Counted from the first letter of the stretch, positions 9,953 through 20,580 are shown. The stretch: 64,000 bases of DNA from Synechococcus sp. (GCA_047285805.1 JBJBCN010000003.1:736001-800000); one strand, 5' to 3'. The notes: generated by a model from the letters alone, not told the origin. Program-made: numbers and translations.

Positions 9953-10901
9953 AGACTGGCTGCCGGCGGCCCTGAACGGCGGTCACCGCTACCGGGACCG
10001 GGTTCAGGCGGCTGCGGCCAGCGTGGTGCGCTACTACGCCGAGCGCTATGCCCATTCCGATCCGTCGGTCTGGAGGAACCGCTTGGCCGCTGGTGAGATC
10101 TGGTGCAACGGCCAACAGCTCCGGGCCGATGGGGCGCTGTCCGCCGGGGATCAACTGGTCTGGCATCGGCCACCCTGGGAGGAGGCCACCGTGCCGGTGC
10201 TGAGCCAGCACGCGGTCGTCTTCGATGACGGGGACTTGCTGGTACTGAACAAACCCAGCGGCCTGCCGGTGCTGCCCGCCGGGGGCTTCCTGGGGCACAC
10301 TCTGCTGAGCCAGCTGCGGGCCTGGGCACCGGAGGCCAGGCCCGTGCATCGCCTGGGTCGCTTCACCTCCGGGGTGTTGGTCTGCGCGCGGCGGCGCGGA
10401 ACGCGCGCCAACTTGAGTTCGCGCCTCAGGGAGAGCACCGCAGATGCCAGCTACAGCCAGGGCTGCCGGAAGGTCTACAGGGCGTTGACCGCACCGTTGC
10501 CGGCCGATTGGGAGCTGGGGGAGACCCGCCCGATAACGACCCCGATTGGGCTCCAGCCCCATCCGATGCTGGGGGAGTTGTGGTGTGCGGCCTCGGCGTA
10601 CGACGACTGCGCCCTGCCGTCCCGCAGCGCGCTAACCGTGCTGGAGCGCCGGCCGGAGGGCTGCTTGGTGGACGTGGAGATCGCCACGGGACGCCCCCAT
10701 CAGATCCGGATTCACACCGCGGCCATCGGATCGCCACTGCTGGGCGATCCTCTCTATTTGCCGGGGGGAGGGGCGCACCCGGAGGTGCTCCCCGGAGCGG
10801 GCGGTTATCAGCTTCATGCTCACTGCCTCCGCCTAGAGCCGGAGGGTTTGCAGCTGGAGGCGCCGCTGCCCTCAGGCCTTCTCGAAGGCCAGCAGCCGTG
10901 A
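9945..10901 (+). CDS. RluA-family pseudouridine synthase-like protein (catalytic Asp replaced by Gly)
   Basis: NKPSGLPV, HRLGRFTSG, TGRPHQIRIH, GDPLY, LHA motifs. Confidence 0.85.
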   Translation: MSKDWLPAALNGGHRYRDRVQAAAASVVRYYAERYAHSDPSVWRNRLAAGEIWCNGQQLRADGALSAGDQLVWHRPPWEEATVPVLSQHAVVFDDGDLLVLNKPSGLPVLPAGGFLGHTLLSQLRAWAPEARPVHRLGRFTSGVLVCARRRGTRANLSSRLRESTADASYSQGCRKVYRALTAPLPADWELGETRPITTPIGLQPHPMLGELWCAASAYDDCALPSRSALTVLERRPEGCLVDVEIATGRPHQIRIHTAAIGSPLLGDPLYLPGGGAHPEVLPGAGGYQLHAHCLRLEPEGLQLEAPLPSGLLEGQQP

Positions 10902-11597
10902 GAAGTAGAAGGGGGCTTTGTTCAGGCTGCGGCGCTTGAGCACGAAGCCCGCCGCTTCAGCGGCCTGGACGATGCCCTTCTCGCGCAGGGTGTAGGCGCG
11001 GGTGGTCTTGCTGGGGCCGGGGAAGAGCTGGCCGATCTTTTTCAGGACGGCCAGCACCGGGGTGTAGGGCGCAAAGCTGACGATCAGGTGCTTCTCGGCC
11101 ATGGAGGCGAGGTGGCGCACCATCTCCTCAGCCGGTTCCTGGGGGTAGTGGATGAAGACATCCAGGCAGACCACGGTGTCGTAGCGACCGCTGAGGCTCT
11201 CGAGGTCGGAGGCCAAGTAGCTGACCTGCCCGGGGGCGATGCTGGCAGCATTGGCCCGGCGTTCCGCCTCCTGGACCATGGCCTCTGAGAGGTCGGAGGC
11301 GGCTATGAAGCCTGCCCCCAGCTGTGCCAGGGGCAGGGTCAAGCTGCCGACGCCGCAGCCGGCATCACAGAAGCTGCGGCCGTCCAGGTTTCCTTGCTCC
11401 TGAAGCCAGGCCAGCACGTTGTTAACGGTCTTTTGGTGGCCGATGCGGATGTTCCGCTGCACCTTGTTGACGTCACTGGATTCGCTGTAGATGCGGTTCC
11501 AGCGGTCGAACCCGGTGGTTTCGAAATAGCCTTTCACCTCTTGCTTCTCGGCCTGCTTGTCCGCGGCCTTGTCGTTGAGGAGCTGATCGGCGGGCAT
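10872..11597 (-). CDS. chlM: Magnesium-protoporphyrin IX methyltransferase
   Basis: YFETTGFDRWNRIY, DAGCGVG, CLDVFIHYP, FYFSRLL. Confidence 0.96.
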   Translation of the reverse strand: MPADQLLNDKAADKQAEKQEVKGYFETTGFDRWNRIYSESSDVNKVQRNIRIGHQKTVNNVLAWLQEQGNLDGRSFCDAGCGVGSLTLPLAQLGAGFIAASDLSEAMVQEAERRANAASIAPGQVSYLASDLESLSGRYDTVVCLDVFIHYPQEPAEEMVRHLASMAEKHLIVSFAPYTPVLAVLKKIGQLFPGPSKTTRAYTLREKGIVQAAEAAGFVLKRRSLNKAPFYFSRLLAFEKA

Positions 11598-11628
11598 TCG
11601 GAGCAGGGGGGAGATGGGCGGATCCTAT

Positions 11629-12780
11629 TCAGGCGGCCCGGCTCCAGCGCAGGTCAGCACTGGGTCCCGTCCAACGCAGGGTTTCGCCGAGGGGCAGCCC
11701 CTGGAGTTGATGCTGCACCCGGGTCCCCCCACCCAGAAGACGCCGGGGCAGGACGGTTGCTGCGGCGATGGCGCGATCCGGATCGCCGCTCCAGCGCGCC
11801 AGCCGTTTGACCCCCTCGAGCAGCGGCAGGGTGACCCCGGCCAAGGTGCCGTCCTCGAGCCGGCAACTCCCCTGCTCGACGATCAGCGTGCGTTCATCCC
11901 AGCGGTGCAGCCCGTCGGCCAGGCCATAGGGGGCCAGGGCATCGCTGACCAGCACGACCTGATCGGGCGCCAGTCGCTCCAGCAGGACCGCCATGGTCGG
12001 ATCCACATGGACCCCATCGGCGATCAAGCCGAGTGCGATGTCGCCGCGTCGGGCCGCCGCTCCGATCGGACCGGGACTGCGGTGCTGGAGTCCCGCCATC
12101 GCGTTGAAGCTGTGGGTCAACATCCCCACCCCCTGCTCGAAGGCGTGGCTGGCCTGCTCCGCCGTGGCCTCGCTGTGCCCGAGGCTGACCAGGATCCCTC
12201 GAGCGCGTAGGGCGGCGATGACCGCGTCGGCCCCCGGCAGCTCCGGCGCCAGGGTCACAATGGCGATCTCCCCTTCGTGGCCGCCGATGCGCGCCTCCAG
12301 GGCCTCCAGGCTAGGTGCGGCAAGGTGTTCGGCCGGGTGGGCGCCTCGTTTGCCATGGGCGAGGAAGGGCCCCTCCAGATGGGCCCCGAGCAGGCGGCAG
12401 CGGCCGCTGCGGTGTTGTAGGCGTGCCTGCTGCAGCACCGTCAGGGCTTGGCGCAGCGGGGCGACCGCGCAGGTCACGAGGGTCGGGCTGATTGCTTCAA
12501 CCCCGTCGCGCCAGAACAGCTCCAGCAGCTCCAGCAGGGTCGGGAGATCGCTGGGCTGCAGTTCGGGGAAGGCTAGTCCCAAGCCGCCGTTGATCTGCCA
12601 GTCGATTCCGGCGGGACTTAGCCAGTCCCCCTGCCAATGCTCCCCGGCGGCGGCGCTGCCCGGGGGCATGGGCTGGATGCTGGCGATCCGCTCCTGGGCC
12701 AGGCCGATGCGCCAGAGCCCTGGCTCTCCAGGCAGGCGGACGTGGCTCAGCCAGCGCATTCGATGCGAGAACGGAACCAT
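11629..12780 (-). CDS. nagA: N-acetylglucosamine-6-phosphate deacetylase
   Basis: QINGG, HLEGPFL, KRGAH, LAPE, GHS, THSFNAM, DGVHV, VSDA, LAG motifs. Confidence 0.92.
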   Translation of the reverse strand: MVPFSHRMRWLSHVRLPGEPGLWRIGLAQERIASIQPMPPGSAAAGEHWQGDWLSPAGIDWQINGGLGLAFPELQPSDLPTLLELLELFWRDGVEAISPTLVTCAVAPLRQALTVLQQARLQHRSGRCRLLGAHLEGPFLAHGKRGAHPAEHLAAPSLEALEARIGGHEGEIAIVTLAPELPGADAVIAALRARGILVSLGHSEATAEQASHAFEQGVGMLTHSFNAMAGLQHRSPGPIGAAARRGDIALGLIADGVHVDPTMAVLLERLAPDQVVLVSDALAPYGLADGLHRWDERTLIVEQGSCRLEDGTLAGVTLPLLEGVKRLARWSGDPDRAIAAATVLPRRLLGGGTRVQHQLQGLPLGETLRWTGPSADLRWSRAA

Positions 12781-12806
12781 GTCATCCTCGCTGCGAAAGC
12801 CGAAAC

Positions 12807-13334
12807 GTGCCGATGTCTGATGCTGCGCTGGTGGCTGTGTTGATGGGGAGCGACTCCGACCTGCCCACCATGCAGCCCGCCGTTGAGATGCTCCAGCAGC
12901 TGGGGTTGTCGACGGAGGTCCGGGTGCTCTCGGCCCACCGCACGCCCCTCGAGATGGTTGAGTTCGCCCAAGCCGCGGCCGGCCGCGGCTTCAAGGTGAT
13001 CATCGCGGGGGCCGGTGGCGCCGCCCACTTGCCAGGGATGGTCGCCTCCTTGACGGTGTTGCCTGTGATCGGAGTGCCGGTCCAGACCCGGGCCCTCTCC
13101 GGTGTGGATTCCTTGCATTCGATCGTGCAGATGCCGGCCGGGATCCCGGTGGCCACGGTGGCAATTGGCAATGGCGCCAACGCTGGCCTGCTGGCGGCCC
13201 AGATCCTGGCGACGGCCGATTCCGCCCTCGCGGCCCGCTTGGCGGAGTACCGCCACTCCCTCCACGATCAAGTGGCCGCCAAGGACGCCCGCTTGCTGGA
13301 GCTGGGCAGTGCCGCTTACTTGGCACAAATGTGA
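12807..13334 (+). CDS. purE: N5-carboxyaminoimidazole ribonucleotide mutase
   Basis: [33 protein letters not shown]. Confidence 0.97.
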   Translation: MPMSDAALVAVLMGSDSDLPTMQPAVEMLQQLGLSTEVRVLSAHRTPLEMVEFAQAAAGRGFKVIIAGAGGAAHLPGMVASLTVLPVIGVPVQTRALSGVDSLHSIVQMPAGIPVATVAIGNGANAGLLAAQILATADSALAARLAEYRHSLHDQVAAKDARLLELGSAAYLAQM

Positions 13335-13361
13335 TTGGCTGAGGCGGTGTTGGGGTGACCC

Positions 13362-14459
13362 ATGCTTGAGCGTCTGGTTCTGCCGCCATGGTTGCGCCTG
13401 AGCCTGGCGCTACCGCTGTTGGCCTTGAATCTCTGGGTGCTGCGGCAGTTGCTGTTGCCGCTTGCCCCCTTCCCAGCGCTCTTTGTTGGAGCGGCGTTGA
13501 TCGCTTTTTTGCTCGACCTGCCTACCCGTTGGTTGGCCCGCCGCGGGCTGCCCCGGGGCTTGGCGGTGCTGTTGGTAGTGGGCCTGTCCTTGACCCTTTT
13601 GGTCTTGGCGGCCCTCTGGTTGGTGCCGCGGCTGATCGAGCAGCTGGGCGAGTTGATCAACGCCCTGCCCTCGTGGTTGGTGGAGGCGGAGGCCTTGCTG
13701 GATCGCCTTGAGATCTGGGCCGCCGATCGCGGTCTGCCCACGGAATTCACCGACCTGAGCAGCACCCTCTTTGCCCGGGCGAGTCAGCTCGCGAGTCAAC
13801 TCAGCCAACGGGCCATAGGGATCCTTGGGGCCACGGTGGGGCTCACGGTCAACATTGTGATCGTGGCCGTCCTGGCCATCTTCCTGTTGCTGGGCGGCGA
13901 CCCGATCGTGGCGGGCCTGGCACGCTGGTTACCGGATGGCATCCGTGAGTTGGTCATCGGCACCTTGAATCGCACCTTCCGGGGCTACTTCGCCGGTCAG
14001 GTCCTGTTGGCCTTGATACTCAGCGCCCTTCAGGTCGTAGTTTTCACCCTGCTTGGGATTCCCTATGGGGTGCTCTTTGCGGTGGCGATTGGCTTCACCA
14101 CCTTGGTGCCCTACGCCAGTGCCCTGACCATCGTTCTGGTGAGCGTTCTGCTCGCCTTGGATGATCCCCGCACCGGCATTGAGGTTCTGGCGGCGGCCAT
14201 CAGCGTCGGCCAGGTGGTCGACCAGGTGATCCAGCCGCGCTTGATGGGCAGCATCGTTGGCCTGCAGCCCGCTTGGCTGCTGGTCGCATTGCCGATCGGC
14301 GCCCGCGTGGGCAGCCTGATGGGCTTTGGCGATTTGCTCGGCTTGTTGCTGGCGGTTCCGGTCGCCGGCTCCCTCAAAACGTTGCTGGATGCCTGGGGGC
14401 AGCAGCCTGCCCCCGAGGCGATCACTGAGGAATCACGCCCGCTTCGCGCAGGTGGTTGA
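13362..14459 (+). CDS. AI-2E family transporter
   Basis: Multi-TM protein with GYFAGQ, VPY, IQPRLMG, GLLLAVP motifs. Confidence 0.88.
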   Translation: MLERLVLPPWLRLSLALPLLALNLWVLRQLLLPLAPFPALFVGAALIAFLLDLPTRWLARRGLPRGLAVLLVVGLSLTLLVLAALWLVPRLIEQLGELINALPSWLVEAEALLDRLEIWAADRGLPTEFTDLSSTLFARASQLASQLSQRAIGILGATVGLTVNIVIVAVLAIFLLLGGDPIVAGLARWLPDGIRELVIGTLNRTFRGYFAGQVLLALILSALQVVVFTLLGIPYGVLFAVAIGFTTLVPYASALTIVLVSVLLALDDPRTGIEVLAAAISVGQVVDQVIQPRLMGSIVGLQPAWLLVALPIGARVGSLMGFGDLLGLLLAVPVAGSLKTLLDAWGQQPAPEAITEESRPLRAGG

Positions 14460-15063
14460 TCACCACCTCCACGCAGGCCGCCAGGCTTTGGCTGCCGGTG
14501 TCGACCCGCAGTTCAGGGTTCTCCGGCGCTTCGTAGGGGCTTGAGATGCCAGTGAATTCCTTGATCTCCCCGGCGCGGGCTTTGGCATAGAGGCCCTTGG
14601 TGTCCCGCTCTTCGCAGACGCTCAGGTCGGCGGCGCAGTGGATCTCTACAAAGTCGCCGACCGTGACCAGGCCCCGGGCTCGGTCACGGTCGGCCTTGAA
14701 GGGGGAAACGAAGGCGGTCAGCACCACTACGCCGGCATCCAGGAACAACTTGCTCACTTCACCGATCCGCCGGATGTTCTCCTCGCGATCCGCATCGGAG
14801 AAGCCCAGGTCCTTGCAGAGCCCGTGGCGGATGTTGTCGCCATCCAGCACGTAGCAGGCCAGGCCGCGCTGGAACAGGGCCTGGTTGACCGCGTTGGCGA
14901 GGGTGCTCTTGCCGGAGCCACTGAGTCCGGTGAACCAGAGGATGGCGCTGCGATGACCCCGCTGCTCAGCGCGGGCTGCGCGATCCACCGAGGCGTGGTG
15001 CCAGGCGATGTTGGTGGAGGCGCCTGTGTTGGTGAGCTCTCCGTAGATGGGGGATGCGGTCAT
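14422..15063 (-). CDS. cysC: Adenylyl-sulfate kinase
   Basis: WFTGLSGSGKST, LDGDNIRHGL, FTGISSPYE. Confidence 0.97.
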   Translation of the reverse strand: MTASPIYGELTNTGASTNIAWHHASVDRAARAEQRGHRSAILWFTGLSGSGKSTLANAVNQALFQRGLACYVLDGDNIRHGLCKDLGFSDADREENIRRIGEVSKLFLDAGVVVLTAFVSPFKADRDRARGLVTVGDFVEIHCAADLSVCEERDTKGLYAKARAGEIKEFTGISSPYEAPENPELRVDTGSQSLAACVEVVINHLREAGVIPQ

Positions 15064-15116
15064 GGCGGGCCTGGGGAGCGACGTCGGGCCATTCTCCCCG
15101 CTGGCTGGTCGAACCC

Positions 15117-15443
15117 TCAGCCGCCGGCTTGCTTGGGCCGATACCCCGCCTTGTCCAGGGCGGCGAGGGCAGCGGCCACCTGATCCCCCTGCAGTTCGAT
15201 TACCCCGTCCCTGACGGTCCCGCCGGTGCCTGCCGCCGCCTTGAGCTGTTTCAGCAGCGCCTTGAGGTCGCTCTCTGCTGCCTCCAGCCCTGTGATGGCC
15301 GTCACCATCTTTCCGCCCTTGCCAGCCTTGGTGCGCTGCACCCGTACCCGCTGCTGGGCTTTTGGGGTCGATGCCGCAGGGGCGCCGCTGGCCCTCTGAA
15401 GGCTTTCAGGCCGTGTGAATTCTTGCCAGCCACCCTTCGGCAT
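15117..15443 (-). CDS. SUI1/YciH translation initiation factor homologue
   Basis: GKGGKMVT, LKAAAGTGGT, IELQGD; ATG 15443 (MPKGGWQEF). Confidence 0.9.
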   Translation of the reverse strand: MPKGGWQEFTRPESLQRASGAPAASTPKAQQRVRVQRTKAGKGGKMVTAITGLEAAESDLKALLKQLKAAAGTGGTVRDGVIELQGDQVAAALAALDKAGYRPKQAGG

Positions 15444-15490
15444 CGCTTTGGATATGTGTTGGTTCCAGTTCAGCGCAACGGAGGCCAACC

Positions 15491-15703
15491 ATGGATTTGC
15501 CGGCCGTTCAGGTAGAGGTATGGCGCCTGGGTCTGCAGGGACAGCCCCCCCAGGAGGTCTGTCGCCCCCAGCCCAGCAGCGGTTCATTGGCGAGTTCCGT
15601 CAGCGGTAGCGACCTCTGCCGTAAGGAGGCCCAGCGCATCCGGATCGATCAACCCGCGGGTTGGCCAGTCCTGCCCCCACCGCCAGTTCCTACCCTGGAC
15701 TGA
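15491..15703 (+). CDS. Small hypothetical protein upstream of trpB
   Basis: ATG preceded by GGAGG (15480-15484); 70 aa; ends 15 nt before trpB. Confidence 0.55.
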   Translation: MDLPAVQVEVWRLGLQGQPPQEVCRPQPSSGSLASSVSGSDLCRKEAQRIRIDQPAGWPVLPPPPVPTLD

Positions 15704-15718
15704 ATCCGCGCGTTCCTG

Positions 15719-16990
15719 GTGACCAGCACCATTCCTTCGATGACGTCGGCCCAGGGCGTCCCCGACCCGGCGGAGCTGGCCCTGGAGTCCAGGCCCAACA
15801 ACATGGGTCGCTACGGCCAGTTCGGTGGTCAGTACGTTCCCGAAACCCTGATTCCCGCCCTGGCGGAACTCGAGAAGGCCGCTGCGGAAGCCTGGAAGGA
15901 TCCCACCTTCACCGACCGGCTCAACCATCTGCTGCGTACCTATGTCGGCCGGCCCAACCCTCTCTATGAAGCGGAGCGCCTCAGCGAGCACTATCGCCGA
16001 GCCGAGGGCGGTCCGCGCATTTGGCTGAAGCGAGAAGACCTGAACCACACCGGCGCCCACAAGATCAACAACGCGCTCGGGCAGGCGCTCCTGGCCCTGC
16101 GTATGGGCAAGAAGCGGATCATTGCTGAAACTGGTGCCGGTCAGCATGGCGTGGCTACGGCCACGGTCTGTGCCCGCTTCGGCCTCGAGTGCGTCGTTTA
16201 CATGGGCGCCGAGGACATGCGCCGTCAGGCCCTGAACGTGTTCCGCATGCGCCTGCTCGGTGCCACGGTTCAGCCCGTGACCGCTGGCACGGCCACCTTG
16301 AAGGACGCCACCAGTGAGGCGATCCGCGATTGGGTGACCAATGTGGAGACCACCCACTACATCCTGGGCTCAGTCGCTGGCCCCCATCCCTTCCCAATGT
16401 TGGTGCGCGACTTCCACGCCGTGATCGGTGAGGAAACCAAGTGCCAGTGCCATGAGGCCTTCGGCCGCAACCCCGATGTGTTGGTGGCCTGTGTGGGTGG
16501 TGGCTCCAACGCCATGGGCTTGTTCCATCCCTTTGTCCCTGACATCAACGTTCGCTTGATCGGTGTGGAAGCCGCTGGCGATGGTGTCCCGACGGGGCGC
16601 CATGCCGCGACCATCACCGAAGGCCGCGTGGGGGTGCTCCACGGCGCGATGAGCCTGCTGCTGCAGGACAACGAGGGGCAGGTGCAAGAAGCCCACTCGA
16701 TCAGCGCTGGCCTGGACTATCCCGGCGTGGGCCCCGAGCACAGCTACCTCAAGACCATCGGCCGGGCCGAGTACGGCGCCGTGACGGACGCAGAGGCCCT
16801 GGATGCCCTGCAGCTGCTCTGTCAGCTCGAGGGCATCATTCCCGCCCTGGAGACCGCCCACGCCTTCGCCTGGCTCGACAAGCTCTGTCCGACCCTGGCC
16901 CCTGGCACTGAAGTGGTGCTTAACCTCTCCGGTCGCGGCGACAAGGACGTCAACACCGTGGCGGATCGCCTCGGCAGCGCCCTCAGCTGA
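15719..16990 (+). CDS. trpB: Tryptophan synthase beta chain
   Basis: [47 protein letters not shown]. Confidence 0.98.
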   Translation: MTSTIPSMTSAQGVPDPAELALESRPNNMGRYGQFGGQYVPETLIPALAELEKAAAEAWKDPTFTDRLNHLLRTYVGRPNPLYEAERLSEHYRRAEGGPRIWLKREDLNHTGAHKINNALGQALLALRMGKKRIIAETGAGQHGVATATVCARFGLECVVYMGAEDMRRQALNVFRMRLLGATVQPVTAGTATLKDATSEAIRDWVTNVETTHYILGSVAGPHPFPMLVRDFHAVIGEETKCQCHEAFGRNPDVLVACVGGGSNAMGLFHPFVPDINVRLIGVEAAGDGVPTGRHAATITEGRVGVLHGAMSLLLQDNEGQVQEAHSISAGLDYPGVGPEHSYLKTIGRAEYGAVTDAEALDALQLLCQLEGIIPALETAHAFAWLDKLCPTLAPGTEVVLNLSGRGDKDVNTVADRLGSALS

Positions 16991-17981
16991 GCAGGCGGTC
17001 CAGGTACCCCGCGACGCCCTTCACCGCCGATCGAGCGGTGGAATAGGCCATCCGCATCGGACCGATCAGGGCTACCTGGCCACTCGCTCCGTTGCTACTT
17101 CCATAGCTGGCCCACACCACGGCGCAGTGCTGCAGGGCGGGGTGGGGATGCTCTGAGCCAATCCAGACCCCCCCATGACCGCTGGCGGCTTCGCTTTGTA
17201 GGACCTGCTGCGGCTCGAGCTCCACGAGTTGAAGCAGCGGTTTCAGGCTGGAGCTGCTTTGGAACTCGGGTTGCCCGAGCAGTCCCGCCACCCCGAGGCT
17301 TACCGCCCCTTCGCCGCTGCCGCCCCGGGCCAGGCTGTGGCTGCTCAGCCCCTGGCGCAGGAGTTCGCCGCTGCTACCAAGTTGGCTCGGCAGGGCCTTC
17401 CAATTCAGGCGGCCGGCGCCCCCTTGCAGTTGATCGCTTGCCCAGCGCTCCAGGGCCGGCACCTGGGCCCCGAATTCCTCTGGCATCCGCAGGTTCAAGC
17501 AGCTGGCCGCCGCCCCCTTTTCCACGAGCAGCACCAGCAGTCGGTCGTTGCTGGGCACCAGGCGGAGCGTCTCGAGGCTGCTCCCCAGTTCCTGGGGCCG
17601 CGTGATCAGGCTCATCAAGCCGGTGAGGTCCGCGAGGCGGCGGGCGAGTTGTAGCAGCAGGTCATCCAGGGCCGCCCACTGGAGACTCAGTCCCGTGAGT
17701 TCGCGGCTGAGTTGAGTGGCGGCGGCCCCGGGGGCGGGCAGCAGACAGTCCACGTAGTGGCGATAGCCCAGTTGGCTTGGGACTCGGCCGGCGGAGGTGT
17801 GGGGTTGGGTCAGCAGTCCGCGCTGCTCGAGGGCGCCCATCGCCGAGCGCACCGTGGCGGGGCTGGCCTTCAGGCCAAAGCGTCGCACCAGGATTTGGCT
17901 GCCCACAGGCTCCGTGGTGTCGACGTAGTGCTGCACCGTCGCCTGAAGCACCTCCTGTTGCCGGCGGGGCAGGGGCTGCAA
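16983..17981 (-). CDS. hrcA: Heat-inducible transcription repressor
   Basis: [30 protein letters not shown]. Confidence 0.94.
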   Translation of the reverse strand: MQPLPRRQQEVLQATVQHYVDTTEPVGSQILVRRFGLKASPATVRSAMGALEQRGLLTQPHTSAGRVPSQLGYRHYVDCLLPAPGAAATQLSRELTGLSLQWAALDDLLLQLARRLADLTGLMSLITRPQELGSSLETLRLVPSNDRLLVLLVEKGAAASCLNLRMPEEFGAQVPALERWASDQLQGGAGRLNWKALPSQLGSSGELLRQGLSSHSLARGGSGEGAVSLGVAGLLGQPEFQSSSSLKPLLQLVELEPQQVLQSEAASGHGGVWIGSEHPHPALQHCAVVWASYGSSNGASGQVALIGPMRMAYSTARSAVKGVAGYLDRLLS

Positions 17982-18019
17982 AACGGTGCATCAGAGCCGC
18001 TGAGCGGATGCTACGGGGC

Positions 18020-20215
18020 CTAAACGCTGGCGCGGGCTGAATGCAGGAAAAAGCGGCGGTAGTCCGGGTCCTGATCCAGCAAATCCAGGAAGCGATCGCG
18101 GTCCAGCCGCAGCAACAGACCATCCCCCCGAGCCCGCACCGTGACGGCCCGCGGTTGATCCTCGATCAGGCCGGCATCGCCGAAGAAGTCCCCCTCTTCC
18201 ACCAGCCCCTGCTTGATCGGAATCCCGCCCCAGAGGTCGTCTTGAAGCACTTCCAAGGTGCCGGCCACCACGACGTAGAAGGCATCCGGCGCATCCCCTT
18301 CGCGGAAGACCTCCTCGCCGTGGCGGATGCGGTCGCTGACAAATTCCGCGGCCAGCCAGCGCAGCAGCTTTGGATCCACCCCATGGAAGAGGGGGATCGT
18401 GGCGAGGCGCTCGGGCGTGATCCGCACCCGTTGCGAGAGGTTGAAGCCGCTCATCTGGCGGTGCCAGAAGGAGGCATAGAGCCCGCCTGCGGCCAAGAGG
18501 TCGTTGTGGTGCCCGAGTTCCACCACCTGGCCGCGATCGATCACGGCGATCTGATCCATGGCCGCCGCCGCCCGCAGCCGGTGCAGGACGGAGACCACCG
18601 TGCGGCCCTCGCTGAGCCGGCACAGGGTGGCGTTGATGGCCTCTTCAGTGTTGGGGTCGAGGGCGCTGGTGGCCTCATCTAGCAGGAGCAGCCTCGGGTT
18701 GCGCACGATCGCCCGGGCGATGGCGATCCGTTGCTTTTGGCCGCCGGAGAGGCGACCTCCGCCTGAGCCCACCGGGGTTTGCAAGCCCTCCGGAAGGGTC
18801 TGGATGAGGTCCCCCAGCTCGGCGGCTAAGGCCGCCTCCAGTACCTCGTGATCGCTGGCCTCGAGGCGGCCCAGACGGATGTTGTCGGCGATGGAGAGAT
18901 CGAAAAGCACCGTCTCCTGGGGCACCAAGGCCAACTGCTCAAGCCATTGGCCGCGGTCGGTCTCGCTGAGGGGAATCCCATCGACCCGCAGACACCCGCG
19001 TTGCGGCTCGATCTGCCGCAGCAGGAGGCGCAGCACCGTGCTTTTCCCCCCTCCGCTGGGGCCCACAAGGGCCAGAGAGCTGTTGGCGGGGATGGTCAAG
19101 TTGAACTGGCTGAGCCCGCCTCCACCTGGGTAGCGGAACTGCACCTGCTCGATGGCCAGCTGTTGCCGCAGGTCCGGTGGGCAGGGCTCAATCTCCCGTG
19201 CCACCGCCGGCCGTTGCTCAGAGCGCCACGCCGCCGGCAACTCTTGCTCCAGCAGGTTCAGGGCGGTCGTGGCGGCCTGCAGCGGCAGCAGGGAGGCCCC
19301 CAATTGCCACATGCCACTGACCATGGCCGTGGCGATCCCCAGGGCCGAGACCAGTTGCCCGACCGTGAGTTGCTGCTCCAGCACCAGCCAGGTTCCGAGG
19401 GCGAACACGCTTACCAGGGTGAGCATCGCGGAGGCGGTCAGGGCGGCCTGCTGGAGGCCCGACATCGCCCCGACTCGCTGGGCCCAGCGCATCAACTCCC
19501 GGTTGCGTCGATTGAATTCCGAGCGGGTGGGGCTGCGGAGGCCAAAGAGATCCACGAGCTCCCGGCTGCGCAGGCGCTCGCTGGCGTAACTGAGCAGCAG
19601 GCCGGACTGCTCGACCCGTGCCTCTTCCCGCCGGGCCAGTGCCGGGGTGAAGGCCACCTGGCTTACAAGCAAGAGCGGGGTGAGCACGATCGCCACTAAG
19701 GCGAGCCGCCAGTCGCTGGTGAACAGCAGCAGCACCCCCAGCAACAGCTGGGCAACGGTCCAGGTGAACAGCGGCAGCTGGGTGACCACCACGTTTTCGA
19801 GGGTGGGAATCTGCAGGGCTAGCAAGCCCTGCTCATTGCCTTCGGCTCTGCCGTCGCTCGGGTTGGGTTGCTCCAGGAGTTGCCCGAACAGCCGATGGCG
19901 AAAGCTCGTCCCTAGTTGGCTTCCTAGGGCTGCAAACAAACGGATGGAGAGCCCATTGCAGGCCACAGCCACCAGCAACCAGGCGCAGGGCAGCAGGACG
20001 AGCAACGCCACCGGCGGGCCCCCGTTGGCTTTGCCAATGATCTGCTCGATGACCAGCTGCAGCAGTACCGGGATCCCGACCAGCAGCAGCGGGTCCGGGA
20101 GGACCGTGAGGATGGCCAGGACCGCCTTCAGCCTCTGGTTGCCGAAGTAGCGCCACAGTCTGAGGGGCAGCAGCAGAGGAAACATCGGCCGGCTCAACCA
20201 GCCAACCGATAGCAA
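18020..20215 (-). CDS. ABC exporter (TMD + NBD) with C-terminal cyclic-nucleotide-binding domain
   Basis: N-terminal TM helices; [34 protein letters not shown]-loop; then IPLF...VFREGD...FYVVVAG...GDFFGDAGLIEDQPRAVTVRA. Confidence 0.9.
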   Translation of the reverse strand: MLSVGWLSRPMFPLLLPLRLWRYFGNQRLKAVLAILTVLPDPLLLVGIPVLLQLVIEQIIGKANGGPPVALLVLLPCAWLLVAVACNGLSIRLFAALGSQLGTSFRHRLFGQLLEQPNPSDGRAEGNEQGLLALQIPTLENVVVTQLPLFTWTVAQLLLGVLLLFTSDWRLALVAIVLTPLLLVSQVAFTPALARREEARVEQSGLLLSYASERLRSRELVDLFGLRSPTRSEFNRRNRELMRWAQRVGAMSGLQQAALTASAMLTLVSVFALGTWLVLEQQLTVGQLVSALGIATAMVSGMWQLGASLLPLQAATTALNLLEQELPAAWRSEQRPAVAREIEPCPPDLRQQLAIEQVQFRYPGGGGLSQFNLTIPANSSLALVGPSGGGKSTVLRLLLRQIEPQRGCLRVDGIPLSETDRGQWLEQLALVPQETVLFDLSIADNIRLGRLEASDHEVLEAALAAELGDLIQTLPEGLQTPVGSGGGRLSGGQKQRIAIARAIVRNPRLLLLDEATSALDPNTEEAINATLCRLSEGRTVVSVLHRLRAAAAMDQIAVIDRGQVVELGHHNDLLAAGGLYASFWHRQMSGFNLSQRVRITPERLATIPLFHGVDPKLLRWLAAEFVSDRIRHGEEVFREGDAPDAFYVVVAGTLEVLQDDLWGGIPIKQGLVEEGDFFGDAGLIEDQPRAVTVRARGDGLLLRLDRDRFLDLLDQDPDYRRFFLHSARASV

Positions 20216-20235
20216 GCAGCTGCAGTTTTGACCCC

Positions 20236-20580
20236 TTAGTAGCGGGGCACGCTGGGGTCGGCGGAAACACTCCAGGCATCTATACCCCCCTGCAGGTTTA
20301 GGACCTGCTCGTAGCCCTGGGCCTCCATCAGCCAGCAGGCAAATTGCCAGCTGCGAATGCCGGCATGGCAGAGCACGACCACCGGTACGTCTCGGTTGAT
20401 CAGGCTTGAGATCTGCTCAATCCAGGTCTCGGATTGGCTCAATGGGAGATGGATAACGGGCTGCTGGAGCCGCGCGAGTTCCAGCTCCATGGCTTCCCGC
20501 ACATCCACCAGTTGCAGTGTTTCTTCTGCGTCCAGTCGGCGCTTCAGTTCGCTGGCGCTGATGCTTGTGGGACTTGCCAT
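20236..20580 (-). CDS. Rhodanese-like domain protein
   Basis: LVDVRE, CHAGIRS active-site loop, NLQGGIDAW, VPRY. Confidence 0.92.
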   Translation of the reverse strand: MASPTSISASELKRRLDAEETLQLVDVREAMELELARLQQPVIHLPLSQSETWIEQISSLINRDVPVVVLCHAGIRSWQFACWLMEAQGYEQVLNLQGGIDAWSVSADPSVPRY

